Shown here piece after piece: positions 9,159 to 15,916 of a stretch of DNA of 33,047 nucleotides. The first letter of the stretch is position 1. Each line of letters begins with the position of its first letter. The translations under genes were made by a program, and so were the position numbers. This DNA is from a virus. Taxonomy: Duplodnaviria > Caudoviricetes. A model generated the notes under the pieces. That model had not been told where the DNA came from and made no database searches. It saw only the letters and a program-made list of their open reading frames with translations. The stretch covers positions 1 to 33,047 of the IMG/VR virus record IMGVR_UViG_3300044296_000036. One strand, 5' to 3'.

Positions 9159-9526
9159 TATTTCAGAAACCTTAGTTTGTAGAGCGTCGAATCAATTTGA
9201 TCCGCAATCTCGTCCACGATGTTCTGTAACTGGCTTTCGCTCGGCAAATCCTTGCGAATATTGTTGACGAACTCTTTTATCTGAGTCAGGTACGGAACCG
9301 GTTCTGTCGCTAGGTGAAACTTTTTCGGGTAGTCCGTGATAATGTCATAGCACCCTTGATACGCTTCTGCCCACTTGTCTGCAAGCTCGACGATTGCGTC
9401 GTAATACTCGCCCAATGCCATGTGCTGCGCGAATGACTTGGTTTGCAAGTGCATGAAGTGAGTGACGGTTGCTGAGTGAAAAAGAACACTGACAAACGCT
9501 GCCGCCGATTCGTTGTATTTCGACAT
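9158..9526 (-). CDS. Ferritin/Dps-like four-helix protein (DUF5856-like)
   Basis: H..HLQTKSFAQH.AL..YYD.I..L.D...EAYQG and LQNI.DEI...IDSTLYKL motifs. Confidence 0.75.
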   Translation of the reverse strand: MSKYNESAAAFVSVLFHSATVTHFMHLQTKSFAQHMALGEYYDAIVELADKWAEAYQGCYDIITDYPKKFHLATEPVPYLTQIKEFVNNIRKDLPSESQLQNIVDEIADQIDSTLYKLRFLK

Positions 9527-9553
9527 TTTTCACCCTTTTTCAGCAATAACTCA

Positions 9554-9582
9554 ATGATATTTGCAATTTTTTAGGCTGTCAA
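9554..9582 (-). promoter_or_regulatory. Sigma70-type promoter ahead of the packaging/structural operon
   Basis: TTGACA (9582-9577), 17-nt spacer, TATCAT (9559-9554) in an intergenic gap. Confidence 0.75.
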
Positions 9583-9875
9583 GCGCGTAATTTGACCATT
9601 TGAGCAATCATGATTTCCACCGTATCTTTGACTCCTTGCTTGTCTCGCACGATTGCTCGACACCCTGTCCATTGCAGCGCAAACTTTTGTTGATCCTCCG
9701 TCTCCTTGCCTTTTGGCCCTTTGACTTCAACGAGCCATGTAACGCCGCCAAACGCGACAAGAAGATCCGGGACGCCTCTACCCATCGGGGCAAGGGATAA
9801 GACCGCACAGCCGCGCATTTTGAATTCTGTAACGATCTCTTGATGATTTGCATCAACTTTGGCTGCGCGTCTCAA
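9579..9875 (-). CDS. VRR-NUC-like PD-(D/E)XK nuclease (putative junction resolvase)
   Basis: RRAAKVDAN...GVPDLLV......LVEVK motif. Confidence 0.8.
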   Translation of the reverse strand: MRRAAKVDANHQEIVTEFKMRGCAVLSLAPMGRGVPDLLVAFGGVTWLVEVKGPKGKETEDQQKFALQWTGCRAIVRDKQGVKDTVEIMIAQMVKLRA

Positions 9876-10096
9876 TGGGATGCCTTCTCAATAGCTTTCG
9901 CAGTCTCAATCTCGGCAATGACTTCCGGTCCAGTTTCTATTGTGATTCGCATGTCCTTGACCAACAGCTCCATGCACACGCCTTCTGAAAGTTCTGTTTC
10001 GCTGTAGTCGCTCTCAGCCTGGCCAAACTCAAGGAATGCCGTACAAATCCCATGCAGCACCCGCAACGCTTCTTCTTGGCTTACTTTTGGAAACAT
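9872..10096 (-). CDS. Hypothetical protein
   Basis: ORF overlapping both neighbours within the operon. Confidence 0.6.
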   Translation of the reverse strand: MFPKVSQEEALRVLHGICTAFLEFGQAESDYSETELSEGVCMELLVKDMRITIETGPEVIAEIETAKAIEKASH

Positions 10097-10374
10097 AGTT
10101 CTGTTGTCCTTTGTAACAATTCTTTTTCTGTCCCGTACCTGCGCTCAAATTCCTTGCGCCAGGGATGCCGACTTACATACTCGGGCGTGTTTCTGCCGCT
10201 TCTGTGATGGGTCGGACATAGGCATATCACAAACATTTCACCCGCCCGTTTGCTGCCGTTCAAGACGTGATGAATATCGCCCTCTGACTTTGTGTCGTGG
10301 AACAACCTGCACACAATACACCCCAAATCTCTAACCTTGACGTGCCACTCGCGCTCAAGTTTTGTCAATATCAA
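10081..10374 (-). CDS. Ref-like HNH zinc nuclease
   Basis: GCIVC...IHH...CLCPTHHR...FERRYGTEKELL pattern. Confidence 0.75.
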   Translation of the reverse strand: MILTKLEREWHVKVRDLGCIVCRLFHDTKSEGDIHHVLNGSKRAGEMFVICLCPTHHRSGRNTPEYVSRHPWRKEFERRYGTEKELLQRTTELCFQK

Positions 10375-10654
10375 CTCCCATTTCCACCGAAGCCGCCATC
10401 AGCCAATCAAGCCATTCGCTGAATCGAGTCTTGTTGTATTTGCTTGTTCGCCTGCCTAGCATTACAACGCCCCCATTCAGCCCCATAGCCAGCCGTGGCG
10501 ACGTTTCACCCTCAAAGGCGGCTGTCAGTACGTCCTTCCACTCTTCGGCGCTCATGCGCGTTTTTGAGCCGTTTATGAACCACATCTTTTGCCTCGACCA
10601 AGCCTCTAAGATCGGCCATTGCGCCGCGTTTTGATCGAGGGTGCGGTCATTCAT
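10355..10654 (-). CDS. ninB: NinB/Orf-family recombination protein
   Basis: RTLDQNA..W..L...S.Q, EEWKDV, G.RTSK motifs. Confidence 0.8.
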   Translation of the reverse strand: MNDRTLDQNAAQWPILEAWSRQKMWFINGSKTRMSAEEWKDVLTAAFEGETSPRLAMGLNGGVVMLGRRTSKYNKTRFSEWLDWLMAASVEMGVDIDKT

Positions 10655-10878
10655 TTATTCCCCCTTGCGCGGATAGCTTCGGCGCACCATGTCGCCAACA
10701 CATCCTCGCCCTCATACTCGGCGTCGATGGCATCACACAACTTCGCACACGCCTCGCGTTCTTCGGCGGCAATCAACTTGGCAAATTGTTCTAACTCATC
10801 TGAATAAAACTCATACTGACGGAAGTGTTCATATACTAAATAATCTTTAGCAAGTTCTTTAATTCGTTCAGTATTCAT
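10651..10878 (-). CDS. Hypothetical phage protein
   Basis: FAKLIAAEEREACAKLCD...CAEAIRARG motif common in phage nin regions. Confidence 0.7.
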   Translation of the reverse strand: MNTERIKELAKDYLVYEHFRQYEFYSDELEQFAKLIAAEEREACAKLCDAIDAEYEGEDVLATWCAEAIRARGNK

Positions 10879-11287
10879 AGTTCACCGTCGCCAAGTTTTC
10901 TTGCAGCAATTTCGCACCGTTTTTCAGGTGGAAGTTTCGCGCCATATCAGTCTTAGGCGACATAGTGACAATGCGAAACCATCCTTTTTTTCTGATTCTT
11001 TTAACCAGCGCATTCACCAGCTTGCTACCGCATCCCGGTTTGTAAGACCAAACCGAATACAGTACGACAAGGCTTGAAGTAGGTATCCAGCCCGTTACGA
11101 AAAGTTCGCGTTCTGTTTTGGGTATTGATTCCGGTTGACTGACGCAAACGACAGAGCATATCTGCCGATCTTCCACCCACGCATAAACACAACGGTTGCC
11201 ACCTTCAACGCGACGCTTGGGACTGATACTTGGGCGCACAGGGTCATCGCGCAGGATCGGGTCGGGGTCAAGTAGCTGGACGATCAT
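10868..11287 (-). CDS. GNAT-fold acetyltransferase-like protein
   Basis: YSVWSYKPGCGSKLV (motif A-like) and SPKTDMARNFHLKNGA (motif B-like). Confidence 0.55.
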   Translation of the reverse strand: MIVQLLDPDPILRDDPVRPSISPKRRVEGGNRCVYAWVEDRQICSVVCVSQPESIPKTERELFVTGWIPTSSLVVLYSVWSYKPGCGSKLVNALVKRIRKKGWFRIVTMSPKTDMARNFHLKNGAKLLQENLATVNYEY

Positions 11288-11703
11288 GCTCCCCCCTTAA
11301 TGTTGTGGGCGGCTTCTACAGCGTCAATCAAATCGTAGTCATGCCAGTCATTTTCATCGGCTTGACGGGCAATCTCATCTCTCTGTTCTTCCGTCAGAGG
11401 CTGGCGTTGTGGTGGGGATGTATAAAGAGGAATTGTATGTTCCTCGGTTTGCTCCCACACAATACAATCTGTGCAATCTTCGTCCTCACGCATCCACGCC
11501 ACGGGCTCTTGTTTCTCTGCCTCTTGCGGTGGCACACCCTCAGCGTAAACAGTCCCACAAGTAGTGCATTGCAAACGCACAGGCTCTTGCTTCTCTGCAT
11601 CCGCGATGGCTTGGCGTAGACTGACACAAGCAGCCAACTCAAACAGCAACTGCTCATCTGAGAATGTTTCGATGCTTCGTTCCCATTTTGTGTCTTTGCT
11701 CAT
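11284..11703 (-). CDS. Mosaic hypothetical protein with repeated AEKQEPV junction motif
   Basis: ORF with ATGA overlaps; EPVAW...PLYT.PPQR.PLTEE motif. Confidence 0.7.
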   Translation of the reverse strand: MSKDTKWERSIETFSDEQLLFELAACVSLRQAIADAEKQEPVRLQCTTCGTVYAEGVPPQEAEKQEPVAWMREDEDCTDCIVWEQTEEHTIPLYTSPPQRQPLTEEQRDEIARQADENDWHDYDLIDAVEAAHNIKGGA

Positions 11704-12020
11704 ACGTTTTCTCCTGACTCTGCTTTGATTAAGTTTGCCGCAACGTGCCAGTAGTTGTGTAACCCATTTGCCGCCTCGTGTTGCACCATCAATAGGTTCA
11801 CAATACGTTGTCGCTCTGCCCTGACTGCGGCTTCTTTTGACTCATGTCGCTGATTTGCTGTTTCATCGACACGATCTTGCGATGTGTCGTTGGTAGCGAC
11901 ACTTGTCTCCGCAATCGCTTGGCGTAGTGATGTGATTGTTTGTTTATTATTTGGATAGCCGCTAATCTTGTCGGCGCGTTCCAACGCCTCAAGCGCCTGT
12001 TTCATAGCTTCAATGCTCAT
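11700..12020 (-). CDS. Hypothetical phage protein (MSIEAMKQALEALE...)
   Basis: ATG at 12020 overlaps the upstream TGA. Confidence 0.7.
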   Translation of the reverse strand: MSIEAMKQALEALERADKISGYPNNKQTITSLRQAIAETSVATNDTSQDRVDETANQRHESKEAAVRAERQRIVNLLMVQHEAANGLHNYWHVAANLIKAESGENV

Positions 12021-12325
12021 TTTGCCACCCATACGCGACACATACGACCGCTCGCGCCTTTCTTCTTGCCATCGGTATAAACCAAGTCCATACGCTCTAA
12101 CTCGCTCATCCTGCGAGCCACCGCGTTATGGTCTAGGTCAGTCCTTGCAGCAATGTCATAGATAGTGCCGGGCTGTTCTAATGCCGCGATGATGATGCCA
12201 TGATGTTTCGTGGCTAAATCAGTTGCCTGATCTGCTGCTGCATGGCTCGTATCAGGATCGGTGTTACGCACTCGAGGAAACTGCAAGTTCGGAAAGTACC
12301 TGTTCAGTATCATTTTTTTATCCAT
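12017..12325 (-). CDS. Winged helix-turn-helix DNA-binding protein
   Basis: R.TDPDTSHAAA, then TIYDIAARTDLDHNAVARRMSELERMDLV. Confidence 0.7.
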   Translation of the reverse strand: MDKKMILNRYFPNLQFPRVRNTDPDTSHAAADQATDLATKHHGIIIAALEQPGTIYDIAARTDLDHNAVARRMSELERMDLVYTDGKKKGASGRMCRVWVAK

Positions 12326-12486
12326 TCATAGAAAAGGTTATTTTCTGTTGCCCTCACTTCAACTACTGAAAACTCAGCCGCAAACGCCCTCACAATTGCC
12401 GCTGATTCGGGCATAGCTGCTGCCCGTTCCTCTCGCGTCATGTTCTGAACGCGCACTGCTGTTGCAACTCTTTCTCTCCAAGTCAC
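12310..12486 (-). CDS. Hypothetical protein, 58 aa (probable GTG start)
   Basis: GTGA overlap with upstream stop; the longer called ORF would overlap the upstream gene by about 100 nt. Confidence 0.55.
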   Translation of the reverse strand: MTWRERVATAVRVQNMTREERAAAMPESAAIVRAFAAEFSVVEVRATENNLFYEWIKK

Positions 12487-12827
12487 GCTGCCCGTAATCG
12501 CAGGCGATATTGCGTCATGTCCTCGCCCGGTCTTGCTGGCACTCCGATCTTTCTGCCGTATTCCATCGTCAGTTGATCGCTTGTCCACCAGGCTACGACT
12601 TTCTTCTCAGGCATTGATATCTCATCGTCGAACCGTTCGCCATTGAGCCAGCTTGCGGGATGCGGAATATATTGCTTGTCCCTTCCTTCAGCAGTCCACA
12701 TTCGCACATGATCATCAATAGCTTGAAGTGCTTTTTGTTGCTGCTCGGCAGTTAGCTTTGACCACGCTTTTTGGGCGTCTTTGCGGGCGACTTTTTTGGG
12801 ATATTTGCTGTAGAAATTGTCGAACAT
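12483..12827 (-). CDS. Replication-initiator-like protein consisting of the C-terminal domain only (114 aa)
   Basis: GGAGG RBS; FDNFYSKYPKKVARKDAQKAW...YIPHPASWLNGERFDDE resembles the C-terminal domain of phage replisome organisers. Confidence 0.7.
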   Translation of the reverse strand: MFDNFYSKYPKKVARKDAQKAWSKLTAEQQQKALQAIDDHVRMWTAEGRDKQYIPHPASWLNGERFDDEISMPEKKVVAWWTSDQLTMEYGRKIGVPARPGEDMTQYRLRLRAA

Positions 12828-12934
12828 CTTGCCTCCATTTCTCTTATGTCTATTGCTGCGTCTGCTACCCCATGCCAATCTTGCTGCCTGACTTTTAGCA
12901 TCAGGTACTCAATCATCACTTGTTTATCTGTCAT
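12752..12934 (-). CDS. Small hypothetical protein (WHGVADAA.DIRE motif)
   Basis: First ORF after the structured RNA; its 3' tail overlaps the next gene. Confidence 0.55.
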   Translation of the reverse strand: MTDKQVMIEYLMLKVRQQDWHGVADAAIDIREMEARCSTISTANIPKKSPAKTPKKRGQS

Positions 12935-12940
12935 AGGTAT

Positions 12941-13130
12941 CTGCTCTGTGGTGAGCGCATTTAGCCTTAGCCTGTGCGCCCTTTAGTCTGCTCTGCGGAG
13001 CCGCGACATTCGTCAGCCTTTCGGTCATGGATGCTAACTTCGCCGTCCATTTGTGCGCTGTTTCAGACCTTAGCCACCAGTAGCGCTGTCCACTCGCATC
13101 GCTGTTGCTCTCATTGCCCAATGCGGTGTA
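12941..13130 (-). ncRNA. Candidate ~190-nt multi-stem, pseudoknotted RNA, family unassigned
   Basis: At least five local stems and three to four cross-pairings found by hand in an interval with no credible CDS. Confidence 0.6.
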
Positions 13131-13134
13131 GTCC

Positions 13135-13266
13135 AAAAGAAAAACCCACCTACGGCTGGGCTTCAGACCTCGACGGAAGTGAGCAGATTGCGGCGCTTTG
13201 CTCTCGACAGCCGAAGCCCATGCGTAGATGGGTTCGTACCGCAATCTTTTCACGCTTCCGGCGTGG
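13135..13266 (-). ncRNA. C4-like antisense RNA with upstream a1/b1-type target hairpin and U-tract terminator
   Basis: Long stem 13234-13143 followed by UUUUUCUUUU. Loop CCGCAAUCU and bulge CUUCCG are complementary to upstream AGAUUGCGG and CGGAAG. Confidence 0.7.
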
Positions 13267-13291
13267 CCCGATCTTTCTCTCGGACAGGCAT

Positions 13292-13320
13292 AGAATGGCA
13301 TAGATAAACGGGCGTGTCAA
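13292..13320 (-). promoter_or_regulatory. Sigma70-type promoter for the C4-like RNA and replication region
   Basis: TTGACA (13320-13315), 17-nt spacer, CATTCT (13297-13292), directly after the cro stop. Confidence 0.65.
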
Positions 13321-13542
13321 CTACTGCTGCGGGACGATCTCTGCCACCATCTGCTTAACGGGGATGTAATCCGCAGGATTGACCTTCAGAGCGCCCTCAG
13401 TGACCACCTGCAGCTTGTACGCCATCCCTTCGGGGATTTGCCCCCTCTTGCCCCATTGCGCCACTGCTTGCGACGTAATGCCCAATGCCTCGGCTAGCTT
13501 GCGACGAGTGCCAAAATGCTGTTCTGCTTCTGCGACTTTCAT
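13321..13542 (-). CDS. cro: Cro-like HTH transcriptional regulator (73 aa)
   Basis: GGAGG RBS; FGTRRKLAEALGITSQAVAQW....IP...AYKLQ. Confidence 0.88.
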   Translation of the reverse strand: MKVAEAEQHFGTRRKLAEALGITSQAVAQWGKRGQIPEGMAYKLQVVTEGALKVNPADYIPVKQMVAEIVPQQ

Positions 13543-13554
13543 GATGCCTCCTAG

Positions 13555-13700
13555 AGTGAAAGAAAACTTGCAAACAATCGTATCCTGTGCAAACATCCCT
13601 TGTCAAGCATCCTTTCAAGAATTAACATATCTTTACAATTTTCCTTTGCAACAAGCGTTGACTTATGCTCACAAGGTAAGTAAAGTCTGTCTTGCAGTAT
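13555..13700. promoter_or_regulatory. Divergent promoters with operator-like dyads
   Basis: Minus: TTGACA(13606-13601)-18-TACGAT. Plus: TTGACT(13658-13663)-17-TAAAGT. Imperfect AAG-N4-CTT dyads such as TGAAAGAAAACTTGCA and TCAAGCATCCTTTCA. Confidence 0.7.
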
Positions 13701-13726
13701 CCAATTGACAACAACAGGAGCAACAA

Positions 13727-14020
13727 ATGAACCTCTGCAAAGACTGCGCTCACTACAAGAAAAACGCCGACAACATCGAAGCATCTGAATGTATGCGCAA
13801 ACCTGCTTTCTCGCCGATCAGCGGGAATTTGCTGCCGACGTATTGCAACCTCGAGCGTGCAGCCTGGGGAACGTGCAAGCCCGAAGGCAATCACTTTACT
13901 GTGCCGATGACGCAAGACGAACTCGACGCGGATCGTGAAATGAAGTCACGCGAGTGGGAACGGTGGATTGGCCCTGGCGACACTGATTATGAACGGCTCA
14001 ATAGAAAGCTCGGAATATGA
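13727..14020 (+). CDS. Cys-rich hypothetical early protein
   Basis: AGGAG RBS; CKDCAHY...C...C...C pattern. Confidence 0.75.
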   Translation: MNLCKDCAHYKKNADNIEASECMRKPAFSPISGNLLPTYCNLERAAWGTCKPEGNHFTVPMTQDELDADREMKSREWERWIGPGDTDYERLNRKLGI

Positions 14021-14091
14021 TCGGCGACCGCGAAGTGGCTATCGGCTTCACAATCATTTTTCTTCTTATCGTTACGGGGGTGCTGTCATGA
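14017..14091 (+). CDS. 24-aa hydrophobic peptide (MIGDREVAIGFTIIFLLIVTGVLS)
   Basis: Fills the gap exactly, with ATGA overlaps at both ends. Confidence 0.55.
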   Translation: MIGDREVAIGFTIIFLLIVTGVLS

Positions 14092-14702
14092 ACAAATCAG
14101 AATCAATCACCAACCTAGCTACAGCATTGGCTATGGCGCAAATGAACATCAAGGGCGCAATTAAAGACAGCGCCAATCCGTTTTTCAAATCAAAGTATGC
14201 CGATCTGTCCTCGGTGGTCGAGGCGATCCGTCCTGCTTTTGGTCAATGCGGGCTAAGCTACGTGCAGCGGATTGAGCCAAGCGACAGAGACGAAGTGCGT
14301 GTCGAAACAATCTTGATGCACGCATCCGGTGAGTGGCTATCCTGCGGAGTGTTGAATTTGCCAGTTAGCAAGGCAGACGCCCAGGGTTACGGTAGTGCTT
14401 TGACCTATGCCCGCCGCTACAGCTTGTCTGCTGCTTGCGGTGTTGCGCCCGAGGATGATGACGGCAATGCAGCCACCAAAGCATCGCCTAAGTCGATTCC
14501 GGCCTCGGTATGGGACACCATGCCCGCCGACGAACAAAAATTCTTGTCTGACATTGCGGAGGAAGTCATTGCCAAAATCAACTTAAATGATATTGAGGGC
14601 GCAAAAAAATACATTGAAGATCAGAACCTTGATGCCGATGAAAAAACGGCATTGTGGTCACGATTCGATAGCAAACAACGTGCAACAATGAAGAAAGGCT
14701 AG
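14088..14702 (+). CDS. erf: ERF-family single-strand annealing recombinase
   Basis: NPFFKSKYADL, H.SGEW and GSALTYARRYSL......EDDDGN signatures. Confidence 0.93.
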   Translation: MNKSESITNLATALAMAQMNIKGAIKDSANPFFKSKYADLSSVVEAIRPAFGQCGLSYVQRIEPSDRDEVRVETILMHASGEWLSCGVLNLPVSKADAQGYGSALTYARRYSLSAACGVAPEDDDGNAATKASPKSIPASVWDTMPADEQKFLSDIAEEVIAKINLNDIEGAKKYIEDQNLDADEKTALWSRFDSKQRATMKKG

Positions 14703-14704
14703 TC

Positions 14705-14959
14705 ATGGCTTACATACCAAAACCCGGCAGCTTTACGCTGTTTAAGAATGCCAAGAAAGAAACCGACACCCACCCCGATTATCGAGGCGATGGGATGGAC
14801 ATGAATGGCGAACCTGTATGGGTGTCAGCTTGGATCAAAGAGGGCGCTAAAGGCAAGTTCATGTCTTGCAGTATGCAACATAAGAACAAAGATCAGCCCA
14901 AGCCTAAGAAAGCCGCAGGCGATTTGTCTGACATGGATGATGATATCCCTTTTAATTAA
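14705..14959 (+). CDS. Small single-stranded DNA-binding protein
   Basis: LFKN...HPDYRG...VSAW motif and acidic DMDDDIPF(N) tail; next to erf. Confidence 0.75.
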   Translation: MAYIPKPGSFTLFKNAKKETDTHPDYRGDGMDMNGEPVWVSAWIKEGAKGKFMSCSMQHKNKDQPKPKKAAGDLSDMDDDIPFN

Positions 14960-15002
14960 AACGGGTCTATAATGGTTGTACCTCATGCACAGAAGATACA
15001 AC

Positions 15003-15440
15003 ATGGCTCGTTTCAAAGAATGCTTTAAGTGCAAGACCGTTCAGCCGTTAACTGAGTTCTACAAACATCAAGCAATGGCTGACGGTCATCTCAACAAATG
15101 CAAAACTTGTACCAAAAATGATGTGGCAACGCATAGGTTGCAAAATCTTGAAAAAATACGCGCTTATGACCGACGAAGAGCAAAACTTCAACATCGGATT
15201 GATAAGTCTGTTGAAATCAATAAACGATGGCGCAGCAATGATCCTCGTCGCGCAAAAGCACATAGCGCAGTTGCCAGAGCATTGAAAAGTGGTCAATTAA
15301 TCCGATTGCCATGTTTTAGATGCAACAAAGAAAAAACTGAAGCGCATCATGAAGATTATGACCAACCATTAAGCGTTGTTTGGCTTTGTAGCGTTTGCCA
15401 TCATCAAAGGCATCAAGAATTGAAAACACAATCTTTCTAG
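15003..15440 (+). CDS. HNH-like zinc-finger endonuclease
   Basis: N-terminal CxxC..EFY..CxxC; C-terminal CFRC...EAHHEDYDQPL.VVWLC..CH..RH; AT-richer than its flanks. Confidence 0.75.
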   Translation: MARFKECFKCKTVQPLTEFYKHQAMADGHLNKCKTCTKNDVATHRLQNLEKIRAYDRRRAKLQHRIDKSVEINKRWRSNDPRRAKAHSAVARALKSGQLIRLPCFRCNKEKTEAHHEDYDQPLSVVWLCSVCHHQRHQELKTQSF

Positions 15441-15446
15441 TCAAAC

Positions 15447-15587
15447 GGGGGAAAGCGGATGCTGTGGGTGTGTTCACCGGCGTGATTTCCGGCGTCCCAC
15501 AGACGCAGCGAGTACCCCACCCCTTTACGGGGGAAAGCATCGGCGCTCTGCGACAACGCAGGGTAGCGCATCCGGTGCAAGTACCCC
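15447..15587 (+). ncRNA. Two tandem hairpins, each closed by a loop-E/sarcin-ricin-type motif
   Basis: GGGGGAAAGC...GC(G/A)AGUACCCC at 15447-15518 and 15529-15587, with different but paired interiors. Confidence 0.65.
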
Positions 15588-15604
15588 ACCACCAAGGAAC
15601 AACA

Positions 15605-15916
15605 ATGAATAATTTCAATTACTTTGATGAAATTTTGAAATGGGCAGAGGATCGCAATCTAGTGCATGGAAGCAATATGCAAGCGCAGACGGTCAAGCTG
15701 CTAGAAGAATGCGGCGAACTTGCTGCTGGAGTGGCCCGAAAAGACATTGACAAAATTGTCGATTCAATTGGCGATGCTGTTGTCGTGTTAACCATTCTTG
15801 CCGCACAGGTAAAAGTCCCTATTGAGGAATGTATCGACTTGGTATGGCAAGAAATCCGTTATCGCAAAGGCAAAATGGTCGATGGTGTATTTATCAAGGA
15901 AAATGACAATGGATGA
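15605..15916 (+). CDS. mazG: MazG-like nucleotide pyrophosphohydrolase
   Basis: AAGGA RBS; KLLEECGELA....D.IGD.VVVL; RKGKMVDGVFIKE tail. Confidence 0.85.
   Translation: MNNFNYFDEILKWAEDRNLVHGSNMQAQTVKLLEECGELAAGVARKDIDKIVDSIGDAVVVLTILAAQVKVPIEECIDLVWQEIRYRKGKMVDGVFIKENDNG

Noticed and set aside
9202-9210. CCGCAATCT match (also CCGCAATC at 11909-11916) as a distal target of the C4-like RNA
   Set aside because: Only one of the two boxes is present, it lies within coding sequence, and a match this short is plausible by chance
12924-13301. 125-aa minus-strand ORF (and the 109-aa plus-strand ORF) across the structured RNA region
   Set aside because: The minus ORF starts inside the predicted promoter with no RBS and crosses a terminator. 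Neither has recognisable protein features, and the dense base-pairing is better explained as RNA structure.
15395-15604. N-terminal extension of the MazG ORF; also a possible tRNA or CRISPR mini-array here
   Set aside because: An RBS supports ATG 15605. There is no cloverleaf or T-loop, and there are only two units whose conserved parts are the paired ends rather than repeat-spacer units.
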